Assembly (NCBI GenBank): GCA_965204735.1
Contig: OZ242008.1
Location: forward strand, 3,296,001-3,360,000
Reading direction: 5' to 3'
Length of the DNA stretch: 64,000 bases
DNA from: Longimicrobiales bacterium
GTDB lineage: Bacteria > Gemmatimonadota > Gemmatimonadetes > Longimicrobiales > Gaopeijiaceae
Positions 38,722 through 47,818 of this stretch are shown one piece after another. A program made the translations under genes and the position numbers. Under the pieces are notes generated by a model, which saw only the letters and a list, made by a program, of their open reading frames with translations, ran no database searches and was not told the DNA's origin. Positions within the stretch are counted from its first letter, which is position 1; each line of letters begins with the position of its first letter.

Positions 38722-40985
38722 TCTCCCGCCAGCAGGCCGGCCGCCAGAAGGAAGAGGACGGGCATGTCCCACAGGTCGCGCTCCTCGCGCACGGTCACGC
38801 CCTCGCCGGTGAAGCGCAGGTCTTCGGGGAGCCGGCCGACGGTCTCGAGAGTGTAGTAGCGGCCGCCCGTCTCGTCGGCGACGCGCTCCAGCAGGTTGCG
38901 ACGCTGGCGCGGGTCCCGGTACTCCTCGACGCCCGGCGCCACGCGAACGCTGGTACGGGCCGATCCGAAGACGACGGAGTCCCGCCCGGCGGCCTCCACG
39001 GCCACCTCGAAGAGCCCGTTGGATTCGGGGACGAACTCGGCGACGTACCGCCCGTCCTCTTCCACCGACCACTCCATCGGCGTCGCCCGCACGTCGCCCG
39101 CAGGCGTGGTGATCCGGGCCGTGACCACCGCTCCGTTCACCTCCACGAACCCGGCGTCCGCCACCGTGGCCGCGATCACGGCCGTCTCGCCCGCCTCCAC
39201 CGACTCCCGCTCTGGCGCGGCCTCGACCGGGTCCGGCGTGTCCGCGACGATCCAGCGAAGCATCTGCCGCCAGAAGGTCTCGTGGCTCTGGTCCTCCAGC
39301 GAGACGGTGGCGTCCATCTGCCACAACCACGTGTCCTGGACCGCCAGGACCATGGACCTGCCCCGACCGTAGCGCTGGAACGCGCTGACCACGCGGTCGG
39401 TCGCCGGCCCCGCGCCCGACACGACCTTCCCCTCCAGGAACTCGGTGGCGCCGGGCTTGAGCTCCACGACCAAGTTGGTGGTGGAGACGGCCGGCAACGA
39501 ATCCCAGCGTGCCGCCGACGCCGTCACCGTCCCCGCGATCCGGGTCGACGGGTGGTGGGCGCCCGCCGGGGTCGGCGCAACCTTCACGAAGACTTGGCGC
39601 TCCGTGGGCGTCGATCCGTCGGGCTCCTCCAGCGCTACCGGCAGCACGTCCTCCAGCGGCGTGCCCTTGTACCCGCCCTCGGCGAACGCTCGTCGCCCGC
39701 CAAGCATCAAGAGCGTGCCGCCGCGGTCGCTCACGAAGTCCGCGATCATCTCCAGCTGGTCGTGGGTGAAGAAGCTGGCCTCTACGGAGCCGAGGACCAG
39801 GGCCCGGTAGCCGTACAGCTCTTCGCGAGTCGTCGGAAAGCCTCCCAGGAGCTCCAGCGGGTCGTCCAGGTTGCGCCGCAGGAACTTGTTCTCGGCCGTG
39901 CGCTGGAGGAGGACGACCTGCACGCCGGCGTCGTCTTCGACCGCGCGCAGCATGAACGCCACCTCGTGGCGCGGCTCGCCCTCGAAGTACAGAACCTTCT
40001 CGGTGCGGTCCCGGACTTGCACGACGGCCCGCACCTCGTTGTTCTCGATCACCCGTTCGCCGGGCTGCCCCGCGATGCGAAACGACAGCTCCCGGGCGCC
40101 CTCGGCCTCCAGCGCGACGGCGATGGGAGCGACCAGGGGCTGCCCGTCCCGGGGCAGCGTCACTTCCTCTTCGGCCACGATCCGCCCCATGTCCTCCACG
40201 ACGATTGACGCGGTCCGTCCGCCGTAGCCCCGGGCGTCCACCAGCACGTTCACTTGCAGCGACGACCCGACCAGCGCGCTTGCGGGCACATCCGCCCGGC
40301 CGACCTGCACGTCGGCCTCCATCGTCTCGTCGCCCAGCCCGACCGTGAACACCGGAACGGACGCCGCCCGCAACGGCAGCAGCGCCGGGCCGAGGGGGTC
40401 GCCGCTGTTGTCGCCTCCGTCGGTCAGCACCACGATCCCCGACAGCGGCACGCCCTGCAGCTCCTCCCGGGCGTAGCCCAGGGCGCGTCCGATCCGCGTA
40501 TTGCTTCCCCCGTACGTCATCTCTTCGGGACCGTCCATCCGGGACGGCGCCGACGAGTAGCGGAAGTACCGGAGGACGAAGCGCTCCGAGAGGCCAGCGA
40601 GGAGGTCGCCCTCCGGGTCCAGCAGGCCTGTCGCCTTCTCCGCCCTAGAGGTCCCGTCGCGGTCGGCTATCGTCATGCTCCGGGAGTCGTCCACCAGCAC
40701 CGCCAGGAAGTTGCGCTGCGGCACCACCGAGGTCAGAACCAGCGCCGGCTGCATCAACGCCAGGAAGAGCAGCAGGAAGAGGATCGCGCGCGACGAGGCC
40801 AGGACCACGCGGTCGGCGGGAGCGCTGCGTCCGCGGGCCGTCGCGTAGGTGAGGAGCGCGGGCACGACCAGCGCGGCCGCGACGATCCCGGCCGCGGCCG
40901 TCGGCCACGGCGAGAGGAAGGCCAGTTCCCCCTCCTCGAAGAGAACGGGCCGGTACTTGAAGAGGAACTCGAAGACGCCGCTCAT
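38688..40985 (-). CDS. Membrane protein with vWA and glutamine-amidotransferase-like domains
   Basis: MIDAS-like DDSRSM and VLTDG, GG.LLMLGG..AF..GGY..TPL, C-terminal TM EW..RRKRGL. Confidence 0.75.
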   Translation of the reverse strand: MSGVFEFLFKYRPVLFEEGELAFLSPWPTAAAGIVAAALVVPALLTYATARGRSAPADRVVLASSRAILFLLLFLALMQPALVLTSVVPQRNFLAVLVDDSRSMTIADRDGTSRAEKATGLLDPEGDLLAGLSERFVLRYFRYSSAPSRMDGPEEMTYGGSNTRIGRALGYAREELQGVPLSGIVVLTDGGDNSGDPLGPALLPLRAASVPVFTVGLGDETMEADVQVGRADVPASALVGSSLQVNVLVDARGYGGRTASIVVEDMGRIVAEEEVTLPRDGQPLVAPIAVALEAEGARELSFRIAGQPGERVIENNEVRAVVQVRDRTEKVLYFEGEPRHEVAFMLRAVEDDAGVQVVLLQRTAENKFLRRNLDDPLELLGGFPTTREELYGYRALVLGSVEASFFTHDQLEMIADFVSDRGGTLLMLGGRRAFAEGGYKGTPLEDVLPVALEEPDGSTPTERQVFVKVAPTPAGAHHPSTRIAGTVTASAARWDSLPAVSTTNLVVELKPGATEFLEGKVVSGAGPATDRVVSAFQRYGRGRSMVLAVQDTWLWQMDATVSLEDQSHETFWRQMLRWIVADTPDPVEAAPERESVEAGETAVIAATVADAGFVEVNGAVVTARITTPAGDVRATPMEWSVEEDGRYVAEFVPESNGLFEVAVEAAGRDSVVFGSARTSVRVAPGVEEYRDPRQRRNLLERVADETGGRYYTLETVGRLPEDLRFTGEGVTVREERDLWDMPVLFLLAAGLLAGEWAYRRKRGLA

Positions 40986-40998
40986 GGCGGGGCGCCCT

Positions 40999-41928
40999 TC
41001 AGTGGCTCATGGCGTAGACGATCATGTTCACGCCCATCTGGTAGGCGAAGGTGGAGCGGTCCAGAGGATAGGTGGGCTGCTCCGCCCACTCCCAGGCGTC
41101 GCCCAGGTCCGTGTTCCAGTTCACGATGACCATCAGCCGCCCTTCGTCGTCCCGGATTCCCTTCACGTAGGGCACGTACCCGTCGCGCTCGCTGTAGCCG
41201 CCGTAGTAGGCGCGCCGGAACGCCGGCACCTGGAGGATCTCGTCGATCTCGTAGAAGGTGCTGAAGAGGGGGTGGTCCATCTCCAGGTCGACGATCGGCC
41301 GGCCCGGGAAGACGAGGCTCATCTGGTGCTCGAACTGAAGCCACTCCTGGGAGCCCCAGAAGTCGTCGATGATCAGGGTGCCCCCTGCCGCCAAGTACTC
41401 TCGAAGCCCCTCGACCTCGGACGGCGAGAGGTTCATGTACCCCACTTCCAGGGCGTAGAGGAAGGGGTAGCGACGGAGCCGCGGGTCGTCGAGGAGGACG
41501 GCGTTCTCGCACTCGAAGGCGTCCAGGTTGGTCAGCCGTCGCAGCACCGTGAGGAACTGGCGGTCGGCCTTGGGATAGTCCGTGGCCCAGGCGCCGCCCC
41601 GGCCGCCCCAACCGCGCCCGTAGGACGTGTACGCCGCGCGGGTGAAGTAGAACTCGTGCCACTCGGCGGGGACGCCGTCGGCTTGGTAGGCCGTCACGTC
41701 GCAGTGGGCCTGGGCGTCGGGCGCCGGCGCCAGGATCAGGGGCGGCGACTCGCGGGAAGCCGCGGTCGAGGGTGGGCCGGGTCCCCCGGCCGCCGGCTCG
41801 CTTGGTCCCGATTCTCCCGCCAGCACCAGGGTCGCGACCAGGGCCGCGCCGGCCGCCGCTCCCGCCAGCGCCGTCGTCCCCACGCGGCCCCGTCGCCGCT
41901 TCCGCCCGCCTCGCCATGGACGCTTCAC
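40999..41928 (-). CDS. DUF4159 domain protein
   Basis: W.TDYP.AD, YPFLY, LREYL..GGTLIIDDFWG, HPLF..FYEI, NTDLGDAWE, GVN.IVYAMSH; GTG overlaps the msrQ stop. Confidence 0.85.
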   Translation of the reverse strand: MKRPWRGGRKRRRGRVGTTALAGAAAGAALVATLVLAGESGPSEPAAGGPGPPSTAASRESPPLILAPAPDAQAHCDVTAYQADGVPAEWHEFYFTRAAYTSYGRGWGGRGGAWATDYPKADRQFLTVLRRLTNLDAFECENAVLLDDPRLRRYPFLYALEVGYMNLSPSEVEGLREYLAAGGTLIIDDFWGSQEWLQFEHQMSLVFPGRPIVDLEMDHPLFSTFYEIDEILQVPAFRRAYYGGYSERDGYVPYVKGIRDDEGRLMVIVNWNTDLGDAWEWAEQPTYPLDRSTFAYQMGVNMIVYAMSH

Positions 41929-42557
41929 TTGGGCCGCCTTTCCTTGGGGTTGCGGGTCGTCCGCCGTCGGCTTGGGAGACCGGCATGGACGATCCTGACG
42001 GCGAAGAGCCCAGCCAGCGCCAGCGCCGAGACCAGCGGCCAGAATGTGTCGGCCCTCACCTTCCAGAAGAAGTGGAGGACGCCCAGCGCCGCCGCAACGT
42101 ACGCCAGCCGGTGGAGCCGCCGCCAACGCTTCCCGAGCCGCCGAATCCATCCCTTCGTCGACGTGACCGCCAAGGGAACCAGCAGAACCAGCGAGATGAA
42201 GCCGGCGGTGATGAAGCGCCGCTCCAGCACGTCTTCGACGATGTACGCCAGGGCGAAGAACTGGTCCAGCCCCACGTAGGCCATGAAGTGGACGCAGGCG
42301 TGGTAGAAGGCGAAGAGCCCCACGAGCCGTCGAAGCTTGACGACTTGGTTCCACCCCAAGAGCCGTCGAACCGGCGTGACCGCCATCGTCGCCAGCAGGA
42401 ACCCCAGGGCCCAGCGACCTTCGACCAGGATGACCTTCTCGATGGGGTTGGCGCCCAAGGTCTCCCGGAAGAAGCCGACCGCCAGCCAAGCCGTCGGGGC
42501 CAGCCCCACCAGCCACGTCAGCCACTTGAGCAGGAGGACTTGCCGCTTGGCGCTCAC
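41925..42557 (-). CDS. msrQ: Methionine sulfoxide reductase heme-binding subunit
   Basis: LGANPI, G.WAL, RRLVGLFAF.....H, PLAVTST, LG.RWRRLHRLAY, HFFW. Confidence 0.93.
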   Translation of the reverse strand: MSAKRQVLLLKWLTWLVGLAPTAWLAVGFFRETLGANPIEKVILVEGRWALGFLLATMAVTPVRRLLGWNQVVKLRRLVGLFAFYHACVHFMAYVGLDQFFALAYIVEDVLERRFITAGFISLVLLVPLAVTSTKGWIRRLGKRWRRLHRLAYVAAALGVLHFFWKVRADTFWPLVSALALAGLFAVRIVHAGLPSRRRTTRNPKERRPK

Positions 42558-42643
42558 GGCAGGCGGAACGGCTCGCACGCTCGCCGAACGGCGCGACGGC
42601 GCTGGGGTCTGGGGTCGGCGGAACGGCCCGCGGGCGCCCGGCG

Positions 42644-43618
42644 TCAGAAGTACTTCTTCAGGTCCATGCCTTCGTAGAGGGACGCGACCTCGTCGGCGTA
42701 GCCGTTGAGGAAGAGCGTCGGCACGCGGCGGAACTTGCCCAGCGGACGCTCCCGGGACTGGCTCCAGCGGGGGTGCGGGACGTCCGGGTTCACGTTCGAG
42801 TAGAAGCCGTACTCGCTGGGCGTCTGGGTGGCCCAGGTGGTCGGCGGCTCCTCGGCGACGAAGGTCATCCGCACGATCGACTTGATGCTCTTGAAGCCGT
42901 ACTTCCACGGGACCACGAGCCGGATCGGCGCGCCGTTCTGGTTGGGCAGGTCTTGCCCGTACAACCCGGTCGCGAGAAGGGTCAGCGGGTGCATGGCCTC
43001 GTCCATGCGCAGCCCTTCGCGGTACGGCCAGCCGATCCTCGGCCTCCAGCGGCGCTCCGGCATCTGGTCCGGGTCCCACAGCGTCTCGAAGGCCACGTAC
43101 TTGGCGTCGCCGGCGGGGTCGGCGCGCCGGATCACGTCGGCCAGCGGGAAGCCCCGCCACGGCACCACCATCGACCACCCCTCCACGCACCGGAAGCGGT
43201 ACACGCGATCCTCCACCGCAGAGGGCGAGACGAACTCCTCCAGCTGGTACTCCGCCGGGTTGGCGCACAGCCCGTCCACCTTGATCGTCCAAGGCGACGT
43301 GACCAGCCCGTGGGCGCGCCGAGCCGGGTCCTCCTTGTCGAGCCCGAATTCGTAGAAGTTGTTGTAGCTGGTGATCAGCTTCTCGGGGGTGGGTTCGAGC
43401 TCCTGCAGCGCGGGGCCGCTTGCCCTGGCGGACGCCCCTTCGGCCGCCGCCCGCTGGAAGAGGCCTGCGGTTCCGGCGGCCGCCGCCGATCCGGCCGTTG
43501 CCGCCGTCCCCAGCGCCGCCGCTGCCGACGCCAGGAAGCCGCGCCGGTTCAGGTAGTCGCTCTCCGGCGTGATCTCCGAGGAGGGGACGTGGCTCTTCTT
43601 CCTGACCTTGATGATCAT
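42644..43618 (-). CDS. msrP: Periplasmic methionine sulfoxide reductase catalytic subunit
   Basis: SEITPE, Tat RRGFL, YNNFYEFG, RCVEGWSM, QNGAPIRLVVPWKYGFKSIK. Confidence 0.96.
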   Translation of the reverse strand: MIIKVRKKSHVPSSEITPESDYLNRRGFLASAAAALGTAATAGSAAAAGTAGLFQRAAAEGASARASGPALQELEPTPEKLITSYNNFYEFGLDKEDPARRAHGLVTSPWTIKVDGLCANPAEYQLEEFVSPSAVEDRVYRFRCVEGWSMVVPWRGFPLADVIRRADPAGDAKYVAFETLWDPDQMPERRWRPRIGWPYREGLRMDEAMHPLTLLATGLYGQDLPNQNGAPIRLVVPWKYGFKSIKSIVRMTFVAEEPPTTWATQTPSEYGFYSNVNPDVPHPRWSQSRERPLGKFRRVPTLFLNGYADEVASLYEGMDLKKYF

Positions 43619-43791
43619 GGCGCGCTTCCTTTGCGGAGGTGCCGCTTGCCCGTGGTGTGATCGGCTGCCCGTGGCATGGCCAGCCGTGGTATGATCGGCC
43701 CCGGCGGCAGGCGGGTCAAGGTCGAGGGTCGGTCGGGCTCGGGGTGCCGGCGGGAAGCCTTCGGGCGGGGCGAAGCTTTCTTGATGGTGCA

Positions 43792-43819
43792 TGAGCATGT
43801 TATGCTCAAATCATGAGCA
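43792..43819 (+). promoter_or_regulatory. Palindromic operator overlapping an extended -10 upstream of the antitoxin gene
   Basis: TGAGCAT-GTT-ATGCTCA (43792-43808), third half-site TGAGCA (43814-43819); TGnTATGCT 6 nt before the ATG. Confidence 0.7.
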
Positions 43820-44292
43820 AGAGGCTGCAGGTGGTCGTCTCCGAGGCCGAGCACGGCGAGATCCGGGACGCCGCGGACCGGAACCGGACGACGGTCTCGG
43901 CGTGGGTGCGGCGAGCGCTTCGGGAGGTCCGTGCCGGGGAGCTTCGGGGTTGGGGCAGCGCGGCGGACCGGTCCGGCGGCTCGCCGTGGCCGGCGGTTGC
44001 GCGGGAGGCCGGTCCCCAGGGATCGGGCTTGTCGGCGGCGGAGCGGCCCCCGGTCGGGAACGAGCCCGGGGTTGCCCGGCGCATTCAGGTGGAGCTGGTG
44101 GTGACGGGGGAGCTGCTCGAAGCGATCCGTCGGCGCCACGGCTTCGCCGATTGGTCGACGGCCGCCGAGTACGCCCTGCGCCGGGCCGCGGTCGTGCCCA
44201 TGACCAAGGCGGAGGCGCTGGAGATGCAGGGAGCAGGGTGGGACGGCGACCTGGAGGCCGCGCGCTTCGGATTCTCCGAGACCGGCGAGTGA
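43813..44292 (+). CDS. vapB: VapB-type antitoxin with an extra N-terminal ribbon-helix-helix domain
   Basis: [18 protein letters not shown] (RHH) plus ELL...HG.....A.EYALRR......[13 protein letters not shown]. Confidence 0.65.
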   Translation: MSKRLQVVVSEAEHGEIRDAADRNRTTVSAWVRRALREVRAGELRGWGSAADRSGGSPWPAVAREAGPQGSGLSAAERPPVGNEPGVARRIQVELVVTGELLEAIRRRHGFADWSTAAEYALRRAAVVPMTKAEALEMQGAGWDGDLEAARFGFSETGE

Positions 44293-44404
44293 GCTGCCGG
44301 GGGCGCCGACCGCTTCCGTCCACATGGCGCAGGGCTGCCCGCACGACCCCCCGCCGCTGCCCGGCGATCCAGGGGCGCCGGCTGGGGAAGCTGGGGCCGC
44401 TCCC

Positions 44405-44803
44405 GTGATCGTCGACACCTCTGCATGGGTCGAGTACCTGCGGGACACGGGGAGTCCGGTTCACCTCGCGCTCCGGGACGCGGTGGCGACGGGACGGCAC
44501 GTCGCGACCCCCGCCCCCGCGGCGATGGAGCTGCTGGCGGGTTGTCGGAGCGAGGGAGCGGCCGCCAAGCTGGCTCGGCTTCTGGCTCGCTTCGAGGTGC
44601 TGGACACCGCCGGCCTGGCCGACTTCGAGGATGCGGCGCTGATCCAGCGGATCTGCCGGAGGCGGGGCAGCACGGTGCGGTCGATGGTGGACTGCTTGGT
44701 GGCGGCGGCGGCGTTGCGGACGGGGCGGCCCGTGCTTGCCCAGGATCGGGACTTCGCCGCGATCGCCCGGTACGCCGGATTGGAGCTGGTGGCGGTCGGC
44801 TGA
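44405..44803 (+). CDS. vapC: VapC PIN-domain ribonuclease toxin
   Basis: IVDTSAWVEYLR, MELLAG, RSMVDCLVAA, DRDF; alternative ATG at 44324. Confidence 0.9.
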   Translation: MIVDTSAWVEYLRDTGSPVHLALRDAVATGRHVATPAPAAMELLAGCRSEGAAAKLARLLARFEVLDTAGLADFEDAALIQRICRRRGSTVRSMVDCLVAAAALRTGRPVLAQDRDFAAIARYAGLELVAVG

Positions 44804-44814
44804 TCCCCCTGCCG

Positions 44815-45639
44815 CTAGTCGTCGCCCTCGGACGCTCGCTCGGCTTCCGCCTCTTCCCTCGACATCAGCGACCGCAAGACGGCGGCGACCTGCTCCAGGA
44901 GCTCCATCTCCTCGTCGGTCGCGCCCCGCACCGAGAGCTCGACGCCGGGCGCCACCTCGGCGCGCATCCACGTGTCCACCGGCTGGGACGACGCTGCTTC
45001 GCGCCTGCGCGCCGCGTTGGACACGGCCGCCAGGATGGCGCCGAGGGTCGCCGCGGCGTGGGCGTCGGCTCCTCGGTCGACCGACACGGCCCATGACGGG
45101 GGCCTTCGCGAGTAGCGCACGCCCCTTTCCGACATGGGGTCGGGCGGCCCTCCGGACAGTCCGTCCGAGTCCGGGGGCGTCCGCTGGGACCTCAGTCGGT
45201 CTTCCAGCGCCCGGCGCCGCTGGGAGGCGGAACGAACCTGACCTGCGGCGCCCCGCGCTCCGGCCTCGCCTGCGAACACCTCCTTGGACACCGCAATGGC
45301 TCGATCGGCCACGGCAGCGACGACCTGGCGCGGCAGCCGGGCGAACGCCGTCCTCAGTTCGTCCAGGGACATGGGAGGGAGGTCGCCGGCCTCCTCGGCT
45401 TCGCGGACGCGGCGGATGAAGAGGAGGCGGTCCCGGACGAAGCGGGGGTAGCGAGTGCGGGGACCACGCCGGCCCACCCGGGGCAGCAGTCCCTCCTGCA
45501 CGTAGTACGCGATCGTCCGGCGGTCGAAGCCCGTAGCCTCTTCGAGCTCGGTGGCCGTGAAGCCCCGAGGACCGTGGTGGGAGGGCTGGTCGAAGCGCCG
45601 TCTACTGTCGTTCACTGGCGACAGGTGTTGACACGACAA
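44815..45639 (-). CDS. MerR-like HTH transcriptional regulator
   Basis: FTATELEEATG.DRRTIAYYVQEGLLP...Y...RL.FIR..LDE; C-terminal W.R.EVAPGVELSVR; start may be GTG 45615. Confidence 0.8.
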   Translation of the reverse strand: MSCQHLSPVNDSRRRFDQPSHHGPRGFTATELEEATGFDRRTIAYYVQEGLLPRVGRRGPRTRYPRFVRDRLLFIRRVREAEEAGDLPPMSLDELRTAFARLPRQVVAAVADRAIAVSKEVFAGEAGARGAAGQVRSASQRRRALEDRLRSQRTPPDSDGLSGGPPDPMSERGVRYSRRPPSWAVSVDRGADAHAAATLGAILAAVSNAARRREAASSQPVDTWMRAEVAPGVELSVRGATDEEMELLEQVAAVLRSLMSREEAEAERASEGDD

Positions 45640-45689
45640 TGGTCATGCTTGTATACTGTCCATAGCTGGAATCTACTGTCAACTCCAGC
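45601..45689 (+). promoter_or_regulatory. Near-consensus sigma-70 promoter with repeated TACTGTC boxes
   Basis: TTGACA (45628-45633)-N18-TATACT (45652-45657); TACTGTC at 45603, 45654 and 45674; inverted CTGTCG-N8-CGACAG at 45605-45624. Confidence 0.75.
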
Positions 45690-45725
45690 GCGAAACCCTC
45701 GACGCCCGAACAGGAGGCCGTCCAA

Positions 45726-46760
45726 GTGAACACCGTGGAATCCATCATCTCCAAGCTGACCGTGGGCGACGCCGTCGCCCACGGCGCCCTCGCCGCCTTT
45801 CCCCTGCTCTCCTCCAGCACCGGTGCGCTCCGGTACCTGCTGCTGACGGAAGCGCTCAAGAAGGACCTGATCACGGTCCGGGAGGTGTCCAAGGGCGGCA
45901 GCGTACCCGAGCTGGCCGTGGAAAACCGGGCCGACGTGCCCGTCCTCGTCGTGGACGGCGAGGAGCTCGTCGGCGCCAAGCAGAACCGCGTAGCCAACCT
46001 GTCGATGCTCATTCCCGCTTCCAAGACCACGACCATCCCCGTGTCCTGCGTGGAAAGGGGCCGATGGTCCTATTCCCGCGCCCGGCCGAACTTCGTAGAC
46101 AGCGACCGGCTTCAGCACGCCGAAGGCCGGGCCATGACCCGACGCCACGTCCACGCCGACGCCCGCGCGACCGGCGCGAGGCACTCCCACCAGGGCGAGG
46201 TCTGGCGGGAGATCGACGCGAAGGCCGCTCGGATGCGCGCCCAGTCGCCGACTGCCGCGATGAGTTCGATCTACGAGCGCCACGCCGCCGAAATGGACGA
46301 GTTCGTCGCGCGGGTCGAGGCCGTTCCCGACCAGGTGGGCGCCGTCTTCGCCATCGGCGACCGGCGGCTCGGCCTGGACCTCTTCGACAAGCCCGAGACC
46401 CTTGCCGCCATGCTGCCCAAGTTGGTGCGCAGCTACGCGATCGACGCCATGGACCGGGCCCGCTACGGCAACGACGAGGGGCGTCCGCCGGCCTCCGGGG
46501 CCGTCGCCCAGGAGCTGCTGGACCGGATCCGGGGCGGGTCCTTCGAGGACCACCCGGCCGTGGGCATGGGCCGGGACGTGCTGATCACGGCCGACGACCT
46601 GGTGGCGGGAGCGCTGGTGGTGGACGACGCCGTCGTGCACCTGACGGCGTTCGCCGAGTCGGTCCGGGCCCGCACCGCTCCGGGCGCCGGCGGCGAGGCG
46701 GAACCGGGCATGGCCGGGTACCGGCAGAGGCACGCGTCGCTGCACGGGCGCATCCGGTAG
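45726..46760 (+). CDS. ARPP-1 / DUF6569 family protein
   Basis: YLLL.EAL, EVS.GGSVPEL.VEN, DGEELVGAKQNR, IPVSCVE.GRW, QGEVW, LVRSYAIDA; AGGAGG RBS. Confidence 0.75.
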   Translation: MNTVESIISKLTVGDAVAHGALAAFPLLSSSTGALRYLLLTEALKKDLITVREVSKGGSVPELAVENRADVPVLVVDGEELVGAKQNRVANLSMLIPASKTTTIPVSCVERGRWSYSRARPNFVDSDRLQHAEGRAMTRRHVHADARATGARHSHQGEVWREIDAKAARMRAQSPTAAMSSIYERHAAEMDEFVARVEAVPDQVGAVFAIGDRRLGLDLFDKPETLAAMLPKLVRSYAIDAMDRARYGNDEGRPPASGAVAQELLDRIRGGSFEDHPAVGMGRDVLITADDLVAGALVVDDAVVHLTAFAESVRARTAPGAGGEAEPGMAGYRQRHASLHGRIR

Positions 46761-46852
46761 GGGGTCGCAGCCCGTCGCGCCGGGGGTCGGCCGGAAGGAC
46801 GACCCGCGGCCGGCGGGATGACCTATTGCCCTGCCCTGGGGTATCATTTCCC

Positions 46853-47725
46853 ATGGACAGGGCGCGAGGAGAAGCGAGACGGGGAGCTCGGCGGGTCTGG
46901 GGAGCTCGCCGAACCAGACGGGGAGCTCGGCGGGTCCAGGGCGCTCGCCGAAACGGACGGGGAGTTCGGCGGGTCCAGGGCGCTCGCCGAAACGGACGGG
47001 GAGCTCGGCGGTCGGCAGGGGGGGCCGCCGGGCTTCTCGTCCTTGCGTGCTGCGGGTTCCTGGCCTGCTGGGGGCGGCCTTCGCCGGAAGAGCGGGAGTC
47101 GGTCGTCCTCGTCCACGGCCTGGGCCGGACGGAACAGTCGTTTGCGGTGATGGCCCAGCGGCTCCGATGGGCGGGGTACGAGGTGACGACGGTGGGGTAC
47201 GACTCTCGCGCCGCCCCGCTGGAGGAACACGCCGCGCGGCTGGCGGGCGCCGTCGAGAGCTGCTGCGCGGAGGCCGTCAAGCTCCACTTCGTGGGCCACT
47301 CCATGGGGGGGATCGTCATCCGCCGCTACTTGGCCGACTCGCCTCCGACCGCCCTTGGCCGGGTGGTCCTGCTGGCGCCGCCGAGCCGGGGCAGCGAGCT
47401 GGCCGAACGGCTTCGGAAGCACCCGGTGGCCGCCGAGATGCTGGGACCGGCCGGGCGCGCGCTGGGCACGGGCAAGGAGGACCTGCCGGCGACTCTGCCG
47501 CCGCCCACCTACGAGATGGGGATCGTAGCGGGCAACCGAAGCATCAACCCCGTGGGCTCCGCCGTGATCCCGGGGGCCGACGACGGGGCCGTGGCGCTGG
47601 ACAGAGTCGGCGTCGCTGGGGTTCCCATCGTGATATTGCCCCGCTCCCACACCTTCATCATGAACAGCCGCCACGCAGCCGACGCCGTGGTCCGCTTCCT
47701 CCAAACCGGGGCGTTCGAGGGGTAG
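46853..47725 (+). CDS. Exported alpha/beta hydrolase (lipase/esterase-like)
   Basis: VVLVHGLGR, GHSMGG nucleophile elbow, DDG.V, SHTFI; repeat-expanded N-terminus. Confidence 0.85.
   Translation: MDRARGEARRGARRVWGARRTRRGARRVQGARRNGRGVRRVQGARRNGRGARRSAGGAAGLLVLACCGFLACWGRPSPEERESVVLVHGLGRTEQSFAVMAQRLRWAGYEVTTVGYDSRAAPLEEHAARLAGAVESCCAEAVKLHFVGHSMGGIVIRRYLADSPPTALGRVVLLAPPSRGSELAERLRKHPVAAEMLGPAGRALGTGKEDLPATLPPPTYEMGIVAGNRSINPVGSAVIPGADDGAVALDRVGVAGVPIVILPRSHTFIMNSRHAADAVVRFLQTGAFEG
46878..47011 (+). repeat. 39-bp tandem repeat, about 3.4 copies
   Basis: GACGGGGAGCTCGGCGGGTCCAGGGCGCTCGCCGAAACG-like units at 46878, 46917, 46956 and 46995; internal TCGGCG/CGCCGA dyad. Confidence 0.93.
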
Positions 47726-47818
47726 GGGCTCTCGCCGGCACCGGCCCCCCGAGCCAGCCGGGTAACGTTGTCGCAGCCGGGGCCAGGCGACTGCCCGTAG
47801 ACTTCAGCCGTCCTAGTC

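Noticed and set aside
46878..47011. CRISPR array
   Set aside because: Units are contiguous with no unique spacers, lie in frame in a CDS, and no cas genes are present.
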